Shown piece by piece: positions 30,601 through 39,973 of a stretch of 64,000 nucleotides of DNA (positions are counted from its first letter, which is position 1; every line of letters begins with the position of its first letter). The DNA is taken from positions 320,001-384,000 of the forward strand of contig CP045477.1 of assembly GCA_009392915.1 (NCBI GenBank), given 5' to 3'. The notes below the pieces were generated by a model. It ran no database searches. It was not told the DNA's origin and saw only the letters and a program-made list of their open reading frames with translations. The translations under genes and the position numbers were made by a program. This stretch comes from Candidatus Forterrea multitransposorum CG_2015-17_Forterrea_25_41 (lineage in GTDB: Archaea; Iainarchaeota; Iainarchaeia; Iainarchaeales; CSSED10-239).

Positions 30601-32521
30601 AGAAGTCATGGGAATACCAATAGGTTGGACAAACCAAATAACAGGAAAATCATATAGAGCAGGTGCTGTTGCAGCTGGTTTTTCAAATATTGTTTATTAT
30701 TCTTTAAGTGTTCCTCAACACAGAGTAGTTTTAGGAGCAATTTTTGGTGATATTTTACCACAAGTTGTAATTGTTCCAGAAATTTATAATTGTGTAGATC
30801 ATGAAGAAGGTTATTATTCACATTTCTTTGTTGCCTCTGAAGAATATGAAAGAATTGAAAAAGATCCAAAAAATAAAGTTGGAGATGCAATTTCAAAAGG
30901 AGCAGATTCTGTTGAAAAGAGTTTAACAAATATTACAAAGAACACAGAACTTCAAGAATCAATTTCAAAAACAACACAAGAAGTAAAACAATTTGCTGAA
31001 ACTGAAATTAAAGATAATCCAATTATGCAATCAAGAATAGAAACACAAGGTAATACTTCTGGATCAATGAATGCTAAACTTTTCTTCCTTGAAATTGGAG
31101 AAAGTTCAATGTGTAGAGCAAGTGGTTATAATGATAAAGGTGTTGAACATTTAGTTGATTCTAAAACAGGAGAAACTTTAGTTGTTGATAAAGAAGAAGG
31201 TGTTGTTGAAATTGTTGATAAAGATGGAAATGTTAAAGAAATAATTTCTTCAAAAAATAAAGATTGGGTAAGACTAATGGCAACTAACTTAGGAATTCCT
31301 GCAAAAGTAATTCCTCATAGTCTTTCATATATCCCTGTACCTGACACAAATACTCCTTTGTTTAATATTGATGTTTATGGTAATCTAAAGATAGATGATG
31401 CTGAATTTTTAAGTTGTTTAAAAAGAAATTACTATGAACAAACTGGTCTTGAAATGAGTGGTAATACTTTAACAGAATATTTAGGTTCTGTAAAACAAGT
31501 AATCACAACAAATAATTTAAACCCAGATAGTCAATATGACATAATACCAAAAGGAATGAATAGTTCAGCAGAAATAATAGCAGAAGGAACTCCAAGAAAA
31601 ATAGCTTCTGGTGAATCTGCAAGAATAAATGTTCTAGGAAACAGAACTACAAAATTATATCCTATTGAAGGAAAAGAAGTCACTCTTGGTAAAAATATTT
31701 CTGTTCAATTTGAAAGAGGACAATTAATCTATAATGGAGAAAAGAATAGTTATATTATGTGGGTTGAACAAACCTATGTAATGCATCAATCTGAAATAAA
31801 AGGAATGGATGTTGATCCTATAAAAGAAACTAATCCTGAAACTGGTTGTGAAGAAGATGCCTTTGAAATTAGTGTTTCACCAGATACTTCTAACCCTGAA
31901 GCTGTTAAAAAGTCAGAAAATATGAATAAAGCTTTAGAAAAAGTTGGACCATTTAAGATGTTTGATACACCTACAAAAACATTTATTTTCTATACAACAG
32001 AACCTCCAGAATGTCAAAATAGAATGAAAATTATAGATAAAGAAACAGGACAAGTAATTGATCAAGCAATTGATGAAATTATAACAACTCCTGATGGATT
32101 TATTGTAAGAACAGAAGATGGACAAGAACATAATTTTGAATTTAGTGCAGAAGATGGTGTCCCTAAATTAAAGTATAATGATCAAACAGAAACTTTACTT
32201 TCAGCACAAGGTAAAAATGGTTCTTTCTGGTATGATCCTAAGACAGGTAATTGGTATACAGAAAACGGTCACTTAATACCATTTGATCCAGAATACAGAG
32301 ATGGAATGACATTTAAAGTTGGAGAAGATGGTAAAGCTTATGGAACAACAGTTAATAACCTTCTTGGAAATCCAGCTGCAACAGGAGGAAGTGATAGAGG
32401 TACTTTAAATCTTCCATTAACTCCTGAAAAAATACTTCCATTCACTCTTTATATCTTAGTAATAATGGCAAGTTTTATGTACTTGTTTTCATCTAGAAAT
32501 CAAAAATTTAAGAAAAGGTAA
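27632..32521 (+). CDS. Giant (1629 aa) secreted surface protein with C-terminal TM anchor
   Basis: N-terminal signal peptide 'MKTKRLWAIFFLILMINGVFAS'. Single C-terminal TM 'ILPFTLYILVIMASFMYLF' followed by basic 'SSRNQKFKKR'. Cys pairs near the N-terminus. No recognisable catalytic motif. Confidence 0.6.
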   Translation: MKTKRLWAIFFLILMINGVFASTIDPNRVFSTEDTSYYFDDAIPINYTDEPINYTQDKVISECYTEELSPEAVENIWNEILVNGFKADLITSDQPANLNRETLKANEVIITDKDTKSGDVVGKTEIPDKIMDPLEVPTILGQVCYGPFSSGLDLDSTLRVGRCAGGDQAACYLEGEGLFRQNGSYGFIDQTFSVSKDFLDMLGLKKLEEVSNELIDPELDYDTNVDLGLFSDMSYEELAEFRKSQFQDSNLTEIDIKKMELVLDKAIENSMFTDSFNASMESTCNSDNCYINMYSLFDKVFNQYYSADMVFTSASPVLWKFTGKIFRNVPNKLGAQKLIASDKIGGIRGKNGFLDNFLNKDMSAVSSAVQTYKYSKITKNIDDYAAKLAKSNDNIIKNINRYNMKPEFDKYVNALNSKKNADTIKNEFFKDGAFAKMNKPQQRVFMESVLEYQNNIRTVRMVQDFTTDNLKNTLKEPLENLFNKSKTMEDFYQSLTKEEYDLLLEETKRLNGLNKSFSTFTENKFKWDDGADNITLLKERGKIINDEEVLLNKVRLKNEVTSTELTGSSKFGDIISENKVSPFQTKKITVNFKDGPSEVEVIIPFKEKISDTSTMLNYNDIIYNKKPDVLIEYVAKDGTAKKVRGSVIDIGDVDPGKQINMRDIKDTAVPDAELSKYGINPLEVSYGYLQELGIKKIKDAEIVTDGVVSVLKDQGWSTGRGLSYINQRMKQQTVTQWDKRGFNIMSDSAKAYLYNFGYWQFKTAGSTIFGGAFDRYSMFRIPETYTSIIFKHGESGDIYNDSYIDFFANDGSDQGDLFMDYFNSIIFWMVNLPKGALENTEWETTQGFSNWITELTEGHIRRSSTDNIAILTDAMNNNCSTTSCHIKVGDSSLLEEVTRSKSMDANNSTSTSLKKNIEVNYATGNAIKTTSYILENTSEENFEEEGQTLIAFSHHTDYDGSLAGFNSTDSVNLLQSINEEETCSDKLKNLEVMGIPIGWTNQITGKSYRAGAVAAGFSNIVYYSLSVPQHRVVLGAIFGDILPQVVIVPEIYNCVDHEEGYYSHFFVASEEYERIEKDPKNKVGDAISKGADSVEKSLTNITKNTELQESISKTTQEVKQFAETEIKDNPIMQSRIETQGNTSGSMNAKLFFLEIGESSMCRASGYNDKGVEHLVDSKTGETLVVDKEEGVVEIVDKDGNVKEIISSKNKDWVRLMATNLGIPAKVIPHSLSYIPVPDTNTPLFNIDVYGNLKIDDAEFLSCLKRNYYEQTGLEMSGNTLTEYLGSVKQVITTNNLNPDSQYDIIPKGMNSSAEIIAEGTPRKIASGESARINVLGNRTTKLYPIEGKEVTLGKNISVQFERGQLIYNGEKNSYIMWVEQTYVMHQSEIKGMDVDPIKETNPETGCEEDAFEISVSPDTSNPEAVKKSENMNKALEKVGPFKMFDTPTKTFIFYTTEPPECQNRMKIIDKETGQVIDQAIDEIITTPDGFIVRTEDGQEHNFEFSAEDGVPKLKYNDQTETLLSAQGKNGSFWYDPKTGNWYTENGHLIPFDPEYRDGMTFKVGEDGKAYGTTVNNLLGNPAATGGSDRGTLNLPLTPEKILPFTLYILVIMASFMYLFSSRNQKFKKR

Positions 32522-32757
32522 AACTTTTCTTATTTTTTAGGATTTCTTTTAATTAGTCTTTTGCTATTATCTCTAGATGCATTTTCTTTTTCTAAAAAAT
32601 TAGAACTACTATTTTCTCTTGATTCTTTTCTTGGTTTCATGAATTTTCTTAAAAATGGCATTTGTTATAACCTCTTTTATATTTTCTTAAATATATTATT
32701 TACAATAATCTATTTAAATATATTTATATATAATATATTAATTAAGGTGAAACAATT

Positions 32758-34266
32758 ATGGCTGAAATAAATGAATATGAACAAAATAGAAAAACTAATT
32801 TTCAAAAATTAGTAGATAATGGTATAGAACCATATCCATATACTTATGATAGAACACATCACACTATTGATATTTTAGAAAAACATAAAGATTTAAAAGA
32901 AGATGAATATACAGAAGAGAATGCAAGTGTTGCAGGAAGAATATTACTTATTAGAAACTTAGGAAAAATTGCATTTTTAGATCTTCATGATAAAACAGGA
33001 AAAATCCAAATTGTTGTAAAAGAAGCAAATCTTAATGAAAAAGAAAAAATAATTCTTAATGCTTTAGATAGAGGAGACATTATTGGAGTTAAAGGAAAAA
33101 TATTTAAAACAAAAAGAGGAGAAATTTCAATTGACTTAGAAAATTTAACTTTTCTTTCAAAAGCTTTTATGCCTCTTCCTGAAAAATATCATGGAATTAA
33201 AGATACAGAATTAAAATACAGAAAGAGATATATTGATTGGATGGTAAATAAAGAATCAAGAGATATATTTATAGTTAGATCAAAAATAATTTCTCTTATG
33301 AGAAAGTTTTTAGATGAAAAAGGATTTTTAGAAGTTGAAACTCCTCTTTTACAACCATTATATGGTGGAGCAAATGCAAGACCTTTTGTAACTGAAAGTT
33401 TTGTATGGAAAAGAAATCTTTATTTATCAATTTCACCTGAACTTTATTTAAAAAGATTATTGGTTGGTGGGTTTGAAAAAGTTTACACTATTTGTAAAAA
33501 TTTCAGAAATGAAGGTGTAGATAAATCTCATAATCCTGAATTTACAATGCTTGAACTTTATGAAGCTTATAAAGACTATAACTCAGCTATGGATATTTTA
33601 GAAGAAATGCTTGAATATGTCACTACAAATATTTTTGGAACAACTAAAATAATTTATGATGGAAATGAGTTTGATTTTAAAAGACCATGGCAAAAAATGA
33701 CAATGAAAGAAGCTATCTTTAAATATGCAAATATAGATATTGATAAATTATCTGACCAAGAAATTAAAGATTTATTAACAAAAGAAAAAATAGAACTTGA
33801 AGAATATAAAAGAGGACTTGCTATTGCAGAAATCTTTGAACATTATTGTGAAGATAAACTATATGGTCCAATACATATAATTGATCATCCAAAAGAGACA
33901 ACACCTCTTTGTAAGTTACATAGAGATGATAAATCATTAATTGAAAGAAACGAACCTTACTTAAATAGTATGGAACTTGCAAATATATACAGTGAACTTA
34001 ATGATTCCTTTCTTCAAGAAGAATTAATGATTGAACAAAAAGATCAAGGAAAATCTAAGGGTGAAAATCATCCAATTGATACAGATTTTATAGAATCATT
34101 AAAGTTTGGTATGCCTCCTGCTTATGGTATAGGTATGGGTATTGATAGACTTGTTATTCTTTTAACAAATTCTCAAAATATTAGAGATGTAATATTATTT
34201 CCTTTATTAAGAGAAGAAGAATCTTCTAAAAAGAAAGAGGGAGAAAGTGATAAAGATGGTGCATAA
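32758..34266 (+). CDS. lysS: Lysyl-tRNA synthetase, class II
   Basis: 502 aa, full-length colinear with class II LysRS: N-terminal anticodon-binding OB fold, class II motifs ('FRNEG', 'GIGIDR'-like 'GMGIDRLV'). Strong 'AAGGTGA' SD. Confidence 0.9.
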   Translation: MAEINEYEQNRKTNFQKLVDNGIEPYPYTYDRTHHTIDILEKHKDLKEDEYTEENASVAGRILLIRNLGKIAFLDLHDKTGKIQIVVKEANLNEKEKIILNALDRGDIIGVKGKIFKTKRGEISIDLENLTFLSKAFMPLPEKYHGIKDTELKYRKRYIDWMVNKESRDIFIVRSKIISLMRKFLDEKGFLEVETPLLQPLYGGANARPFVTESFVWKRNLYLSISPELYLKRLLVGGFEKVYTICKNFRNEGVDKSHNPEFTMLELYEAYKDYNSAMDILEEMLEYVTTNIFGTTKIIYDGNEFDFKRPWQKMTMKEAIFKYANIDIDKLSDQEIKDLLTKEKIELEEYKRGLAIAEIFEHYCEDKLYGPIHIIDHPKETTPLCKLHRDDKSLIERNEPYLNSMELANIYSELNDSFLQEELMIEQKDQGKSKGENHPIDTDFIESLKFGMPPAYGIGMGIDRLVILLTNSQNIRDVILFPLLREEESSKKKEGESDKDGA

Positions 34267-34414
34267 ATGTATAAAATGTAATAAAATAATTGATTCTACA
34301 AGAATCTATTGTAAAGCTTGTGAAGCAAATATTAGAAAAAAGGATGAAATAAAAAGATTAAAAGAAAACCAATGGAATAAGGCAGATTTCTTTGAAAGAC
34401 AAAGAATGAAGTGA
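34256..34414 (+). CDS. 52-aa zinc-ribbon protein
   Basis: Not in the ORF track. 'MVHKCIKCNKII...YCKACEAN' has two CxxC pairs. Overlaps the lysS stop by 11 nt; its stop overlaps the next start. Confidence 0.35.
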   Translation: MVHKCIKCNKIIDSTRIYCKACEANIRKKDEIKRLKENQWNKADFFERQRMK

Positions 34415-34421
34415 TTTTTTA

Positions 34422-35360
34422 ATGAAAAAAATATTAATTATTTCTCATAGAGATTTAGATGGAATTACTTCTGCTGTAAGTTATATCTGGAATTATTTAG
34501 AAACAATAAATGTTTCTAAAAATATTAAGAATATTTCTAAATATTCAGATATAATTGATTATAACCATGGAGAAGATATTTTAAAGAAATTAAAATTAAA
34601 AAAAATAGATCTTAAAAATTATTCTCATTTAATAATTACAGATCTTTCTTTTTCTTTTGAAATAATGAATTTTTTTTATAAAAAATTTAAAGAAAATTTA
34701 ATCTGGATCGATCATCATAAAAGAATTACAGATGAACTTGAAAAAGAATTTTCTAAACAAAAAATTAAAATTACAGGTATAAGAGACTTTAAACATGCTG
34801 CTTGTTTTTTAGTTTGGAAATTTTTTAAAAAAGATGCACCTGATTTTGTAAAATATGTACAAGATATGGATCTTTGGACTTTTAAACTTGAAAATTCAAA
34901 AGAATTTATTGCAGGTTTAGATACTTTTAAAGGACCATATACTAAGAAAAATATTAATTTTATTTTAAAATTTATAGATATTGATTATTTTAATAAACAA
35001 AAACAAAAAATTATTGAAAGAGGAAAAATAATCCAAGAACATCAAATTAAACATGTAAAAGAACAATTGTTTTCTGGAAAAATTATTGATTTTTTTGGAA
35101 AAAAAGCTTTTGTTGTTAACAGTATCTTTATACCAGGTGTTTTTGCAGAAGTAATATTTAAGGAAAAAAAATATAAATCTGCAGAAATTTTAATAATTTG
35201 GTATAAAGACCATAATACTAATAAATTTAAGTTTAGTTTAAGAAGAAGAGAAAACTCAAAGGTTGATCTTTCCCTAATTGCAAAAAGATTAGGCGGAGGA
35301 GGGCATCCTGCTGCTTCTGGCTTTACTTTAAATTCTTTAGCAGAATTTAAATATGAATAG
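34422..35360 (+). CDS. DHH-DHHA1 phosphoesterase (NrnA/RecJ-like)
   Basis: DHH motif I 'IISHRDLDGITSA'; motif 'IDHH'; C-terminal DHHA1 'GGGGHPAASGF'. Confidence 0.7.
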   Translation: MKKILIISHRDLDGITSAVSYIWNYLETINVSKNIKNISKYSDIIDYNHGEDILKKLKLKKIDLKNYSHLIITDLSFSFEIMNFFYKKFKENLIWIDHHKRITDELEKEFSKQKIKITGIRDFKHAACFLVWKFFKKDAPDFVKYVQDMDLWTFKLENSKEFIAGLDTFKGPYTKKNINFILKFIDIDYFNKQKQKIIERGKIIQEHQIKHVKEQLFSGKIIDFFGKKAFVVNSIFIPGVFAEVIFKEKKYKSAEILIIWYKDHNTNKFKFSLRRRENSKVDLSLIAKRLGGGGHPAASGFTLNSLAEFKYE

Positions 35361-35362
35361 AT

Positions 35363-36238
35363 ATGACAGAATACTTAATAAACCTTGCAAGATTTGTATC
35401 CTACAATGAAAAGAAAGAAATCTACAGAGACCTTAAAAATAAAGGCTACTTTGTTTCAAATGATTCTTGGTCTTATAGAAGACTTATAGTTAATAAACCT
35501 GTAAAAAATAAACCTTTTGTTGCAAGTTTAATTGAACTTAAAGAAACTTTTTATCAAAATAATTTAAGTCAAACAATAGATAGACTTTCAAAATATAAGA
35601 TAAAAGAAATAAAAGCAAAAATTGAAAGAAATGTGCCTTTTCATTCAAAAGCTATAACTGAAAGATATCTTAAAAAATATAAATTTGATCCAGAAGGAGA
35701 AACAATTTATCTTGAAGCAAGACTTGAAAAAGATAAAGTTGCAATAAGACTTGGTTTTTATTTAGATGATAAAGAAAATATTCCTGTTAAAAAAGAAGTT
35801 GTATATCCAGATATTGGAATTGAAAGCCCATTTACTTTAGGAGAAGTTGGAGATTTTTTAAGACTTTCAAAAACTTTTAAAACAAAAGTTTTTATTTTTA
35901 CTTTAAATGATCCTGATTGCTTAAATAATATCCAAAATTTTTTAAAAGAAAATAGTTTTGATAAAGGAAATATAACTATTGTAAAAGATATTGAATCTTT
36001 TAGAAATGAATATGAAATTATAGGATTTAGTATGTGGGGTAAAGATCCTCTTGAAACAATTATTAAAAATAAAGAAAAAAAGAAATTATTATTATTTGGA
36101 AATGAAAGAAGAGGGCTTTTAAAAAAAACAATGGATCAGTGTAATAAAATAATAAAGATTGGATCTTCTTCTGAACCATTAAGAGCAACTCAAGCAGCAT
36201 CTTTTGCTTTAGGATATATTTTTTCTAAAGAAAATTAA
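35363..36238 (+). CDS. SPOUT (SpoU/TrmH)-class RNA methyltransferase
   Basis: C-terminal 'LLFGNERRGL ... IKIGSSSEPLRATQAASFALGYI' resembles SpoU motifs II and III. Confidence 0.5.
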   Translation: MTEYLINLARFVSYNEKKEIYRDLKNKGYFVSNDSWSYRRLIVNKPVKNKPFVASLIELKETFYQNNLSQTIDRLSKYKIKEIKAKIERNVPFHSKAITERYLKKYKFDPEGETIYLEARLEKDKVAIRLGFYLDDKENIPVKKEVVYPDIGIESPFTLGEVGDFLRLSKTFKTKVFIFTLNDPDCLNNIQNFLKENSFDKGNITIVKDIESFRNEYEIIGFSMWGKDPLETIIKNKEKKKLLLFGNERRGLLKKTMDQCNKIIKIGSSSEPLRATQAASFALGYIFSKEN

Positions 36239-37377
36239 ATCTTATATTTAGATACTGCTTTATCTATTTCTTTTATAACTTTTTTATCAAGAACAGAAGG
36301 AATTATTTTCTTTTCTGTTGGTTTTTTAATTACACCAGCAATTGCTTTTGAAACATCTATTTTTAGTTCTTGAGAAATATCTATAACATTATATTTTAAT
36401 AAAGCTTTAAAAAGACCAGGAAATACTAAAACATTATTTATTTGATTTTCAAAATCACTTCTTCCAGTTGCTATAATTTTAGCTTTTCCTTTTTTAGCGT
36501 CTGTTGGAAAAATTTCAGGAGTTGGATTTGCAAGAGCAAAAATTATTGAATCTTGGTTCATTGTTAAAATATCTTTTGAAGTTAAGAGGTTACCTTTTGA
36601 AGCACCTATAAAAATATCAGCATTTTTTATAGCTTCTAAAAGATTTCCAGAAATATTTTCTTTATTTGTTATATCTAATATTTCTTTTTTATAACTATTA
36701 AGATCTTTTCTTTCATTTGAAATTATTCCTTTAGAATCACACACTAAAATATTCATAAAACCAGCAGCATGTAAAAGTTTAGTTATTGAAAGTCCAGCAG
36801 CACCAGCTCCGTTTATTACAATTCTACTATTTTTATCTTTTTTTGTAACTTTTAAGGCATTAATTAGGGCAGATAAGACCACAATTGCAGTTCCATGTTG
36901 ATCATCATGAAAAACAGGTATGTCTAGCTCTTTTTTAAGCCTATTTTCTATTTCAAAGCACCTAGGAGCGGCTATATCTTCTAAATTTATGCCACCATAA
37001 CTTTTTGAAATTAATTTAACTGTTTTTATTATTTCTTCTGTATCTTTTGAATCAATTGTTATTGGAAAAGCATCAACATCTGCAAATTCTTTAAAAAGAG
37101 CAGCTTTTCCTTCCATGACAGGTAAAGATGCTAAGGGACCAATATCTCCTAAGCCTAAAACTGCAGAACCATCTGTTATAATGGCAACAGTATTTTTAGA
37201 AGAAGTTAATTGTTTTGCTTTTTTAAAATCTTTATAAATTTCTAAAGAAACAGCACCTACACCAGGAGTGTAAAGTAAAGATAAATCTTTTTTTGAGGAA
37301 ATTTTCTTTTTTGAAACTATTTCAATTTTACCTTTTAGTTTGTTATGTAGTTTAATACTTTCTACATTATAATCCAT
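36235..37377 (-). CDS. NAD(P)-dependent malic enzyme (short form)
   Basis: 380 aa. 'GINLEDIAAPRCFEIE' and 'NGAGAAG' Rossmann match prokaryotic short malic enzymes. Confidence 0.85.
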   Translation of the reverse strand: MDYNVESIKLHNKLKGKIEIVSKKKISSKKDLSLLYTPGVGAVSLEIYKDFKKAKQLTSSKNTVAIITDGSAVLGLGDIGPLASLPVMEGKAALFKEFADVDAFPITIDSKDTEEIIKTVKLISKSYGGINLEDIAAPRCFEIENRLKKELDIPVFHDDQHGTAIVVLSALINALKVTKKDKNSRIVINGAGAAGLSITKLLHAAGFMNILVCDSKGIISNERKDLNSYKKEILDITNKENISGNLLEAIKNADIFIGASKGNLLTSKDILTMNQDSIIFALANPTPEIFPTDAKKGKAKIIATGRSDFENQINNVLVFPGLFKALLKYNVIDISQELKIDVSKAIAGVIKKPTEKKIIPSVLDKKVIKEIDKAVSKYKI

Positions 37378-37466
37378 ATTATATCATCTCTGTTATATTT
37401 ATTAAAAATAATTAAATTATAAAAAAATAGTAAAAAAATAAAAAAAATAGTTTTTATGAAAAAAAA

Positions 37467-37697
37467 CTATTTTAAAGCTTGATCAATTGCAGGTTTGTTA
37501 AAACCTATGATAACTTGACCATTAACATCTAAAACAGGAACACCTTGTTGTCCTGATTTTTGAACCATTTCCATAGCTCTTTCCATGTTTGATCCAACAT
37601 CAACATCTTCAAATTCAATGTTTTTAGATTTTAAATATTCTTTTGCCATAACACAATAAGGACATGACTTTGTAGAATATACAGTTACATTATTCAT
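37467..37697 (-). CDS. Glutaredoxin
   Basis: 'CPYC' active site in a 76-aa thioredoxin-fold protein; 'GVPVLDVNGQVIIGF'. Confidence 0.75.
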   Translation of the reverse strand: MNNVTVYSTKSCPYCVMAKEYLKSKNIEFEDVDVGSNMERAMEMVQKSGQQGVPVLDVNGQVIIGFNKPAIDQALK

Positions 37698-37699
37698 AT

Positions 37700-37969
37700 T
37701 TATTCACCTTTTAATTTTTTAATATCAGATATTATTTTTAATAATAGTTTTTTATTTTTTATTTTTATACACTTAGATTTATTTATTTTTTCAATAGTTA
37801 TAATTCCTTCTTTTTTAAGAATTGCTAATTGTCTTGAAATAGTAGAAAGATCTTTACCTGTAAAGGATGCAAGATCTGTACAACAATTATCTTTCTCATT
37901 TAAAAGTTTTAGAACTATTGAATACCTGGTTTCTTCTCCAAGTGCCTTAAAGATTTTATATTCTTTCAT
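37700..37969 (-). CDS. ArsR/SmtB-family HTH regulator
   Basis: 89 aa; 'CCTDLASFTGKDLSTISRQLAILKKEG' is a wHTH with the metal-sensing Cys pair. Confidence 0.55.
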   Translation of the reverse strand: MKEYKIFKALGEETRYSIVLKLLNEKDNCCTDLASFTGKDLSTISRQLAILKKEGIITIEKINKSKCIKIKNKKLLLKIISDIKKLKGE

Positions 37970-38066
37970 ATTAAATTTTTCTTTTATTTTTTTAAAAAAC
38001 TATTATTGTATAAATATACAAGTAAAGAAATGTTTAAAAAGCTTTCTTTTAAATAAAAAAATACAA

Positions 38067-39896
38067 TTATTCAACAGTAACAGATTTTGCTAAGTTTCTA
38101 GGTTTATCAATCTCACAACCTTTAAGGTCAGAAATAAAATATGCAATAAGTTGCATAATTACAAGATTTAAAAAAGGAGTTAAATCATTATCAATATCTT
38201 CAACATAGATAACATAATCTGAAATTTTTAAAATATCCACATCTCCTTTTGTTGCAATAGATATTACAACTCCACCTCTTGCTTTTACTTCATTAATATT
38301 TGATATTACTTTTTCATAATTATTATTTTTATTAACAATAAAAACACAAGGCATGTCTTTATCAATTAAAGCAATAGGACCATGTTTCATTTCTGCTGCA
38401 GGATAACCTTCTGCATGGATATAAGATATTTCTTTAAGTTTTAAAGCTCCTTCTAAAGCTATAGGGTAGTTTATACCTCTTCCAAGATATAAGAAATTTT
38501 TAGAATTTTTAAAATTTTCAGCAATTTTTTTAACTTCTTCTACAGAATTATTAATTTCTTCAAAAATAATTTCTGGAAGAGATGAAAGATTTTTAATAAT
38601 TTTTAATCTATCTTCAATTGAAATTAAGTTATTCTTTTGTCCAACATATAAAACAAACAACCACATAGATATTAATTGATTTGTAAATGCTTTAGTTGAT
38701 GCAACACCAATCTCTGGACCTGCTCTAGTATAGATACCACAACTAACTTCTCTTGCAATAGTTGATCCAACAACATTTACTATTCCTAAAGTTTTTGCAT
38801 TTTTTTCTTTAGCTTCTCTTAAAGCTGCAAGAGTATCTGCAGTTTCTCCAGATTGTGAAATTACAATTACCAAAGTATCCTGGTCAACTAAAGGATCTCT
38901 ATATCTAAACTCTGAAGCATAATCAACTTCTACAGGTATTTTTAAATATTTTTCAATAATAAACTTAGAAACCAAAGCACAATGCCAAGAAGTTCCACAA
39001 GCAAGAATAACTATTCTTTTTAATTTTTCTAAATATTCAAAATTAATAAAATCTAATCCTCCAAGAATAACAGAATTTGATTTTAAATCTATTCTTCCAG
39101 CTAATGCATTTTTAATAACATCTTTTTGTTCATAGATTTCTTTTAACATAAAATGTTTATAACCTTGTTTTTCTATTTGATCAAGAGTAACTGATAAAGT
39201 ATCTATATCTTTATCAATTATTTCATTATTAAAATCTGTAATATAATATCCTTGATCATTAATTAATGCAATTTCTCCATCATTTAAATAAATAACATCT
39301 TTTGTATACTCAATAATTGCAGAAGTATCACTTGCAATAAAATATTCATCCTCTCCAATACCTAAAACAACTGGAGATCCTTTTCTGGCTACAACAATTT
39401 CTCTTTTATTTTTAGATAAAACTAATATTCCAAAAGTTCCAACAACTTGAGAAATAGCTTTTAAAACAGCTTCCTTTAAATCTCCTTTATAAAAATAAAA
39501 AATTAATCCAACTAAAACTTCAGAATCAGTATCAGATCTAAAAGTAATATTTTTAGTTTGTAAAAATTTTTTTAAACTTTCATAATTTTCAATAATACCA
39601 TTATGTACTAAAGAAATATTATTTAAAAAATCAGTATGAGGATGAGAATTAACTTCTGAAGGAATTCCATGTGTTGCCCATCTTGTGTGTGCAATACCAA
39701 TAGTTGATTCTGTTAAAAGATCTAATTTTTCTTTTAACTCTAAAACTTTACCTTTTGTTTTTACAGTTATAAGATCATCATTATAAAGAAAAGAAACACC
39801 ACAAGAATCATATCCACGATATTCTAATCTTAAGAGTCCATTAATTAATATTGGTAAAACTTTTCTTCTTCCTAAGTATCCAATTATTCCACACAT
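38067..39896 (-). CDS. glmS: Glutamine--fructose-6-phosphate aminotransferase
   Basis: 'MCGIIGY' Ntn-amidotransferase start; two SIS domains; 609 aa. Confidence 0.9.
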   Translation of the reverse strand: MCGIIGYLGRRKVLPILINGLLRLEYRGYDSCGVSFLYNDDLITVKTKGKVLELKEKLDLLTESTIGIAHTRWATHGIPSEVNSHPHTDFLNNISLVHNGIIENYESLKKFLQTKNITFRSDTDSEVLVGLIFYFYKGDLKEAVLKAISQVVGTFGILVLSKNKREIVVARKGSPVVLGIGEDEYFIASDTSAIIEYTKDVIYLNDGEIALINDQGYYITDFNNEIIDKDIDTLSVTLDQIEKQGYKHFMLKEIYEQKDVIKNALAGRIDLKSNSVILGGLDFINFEYLEKLKRIVILACGTSWHCALVSKFIIEKYLKIPVEVDYASEFRYRDPLVDQDTLVIVISQSGETADTLAALREAKEKNAKTLGIVNVVGSTIAREVSCGIYTRAGPEIGVASTKAFTNQLISMWLFVLYVGQKNNLISIEDRLKIIKNLSSLPEIIFEEINNSVEEVKKIAENFKNSKNFLYLGRGINYPIALEGALKLKEISYIHAEGYPAAEMKHGPIALIDKDMPCVFIVNKNNNYEKVISNINEVKARGGVVISIATKGDVDILKISDYVIYVEDIDNDLTPFLNLVIMQLIAYFISDLKGCEIDKPRNLAKSVTVE

Positions 39897-39973
39897 ATTT
39901 TATAAAATTTGTATTTTAATAATTATATAATAGTTACAAAACATTTATAATATAACTTTTCTTTTAAAAAAAA

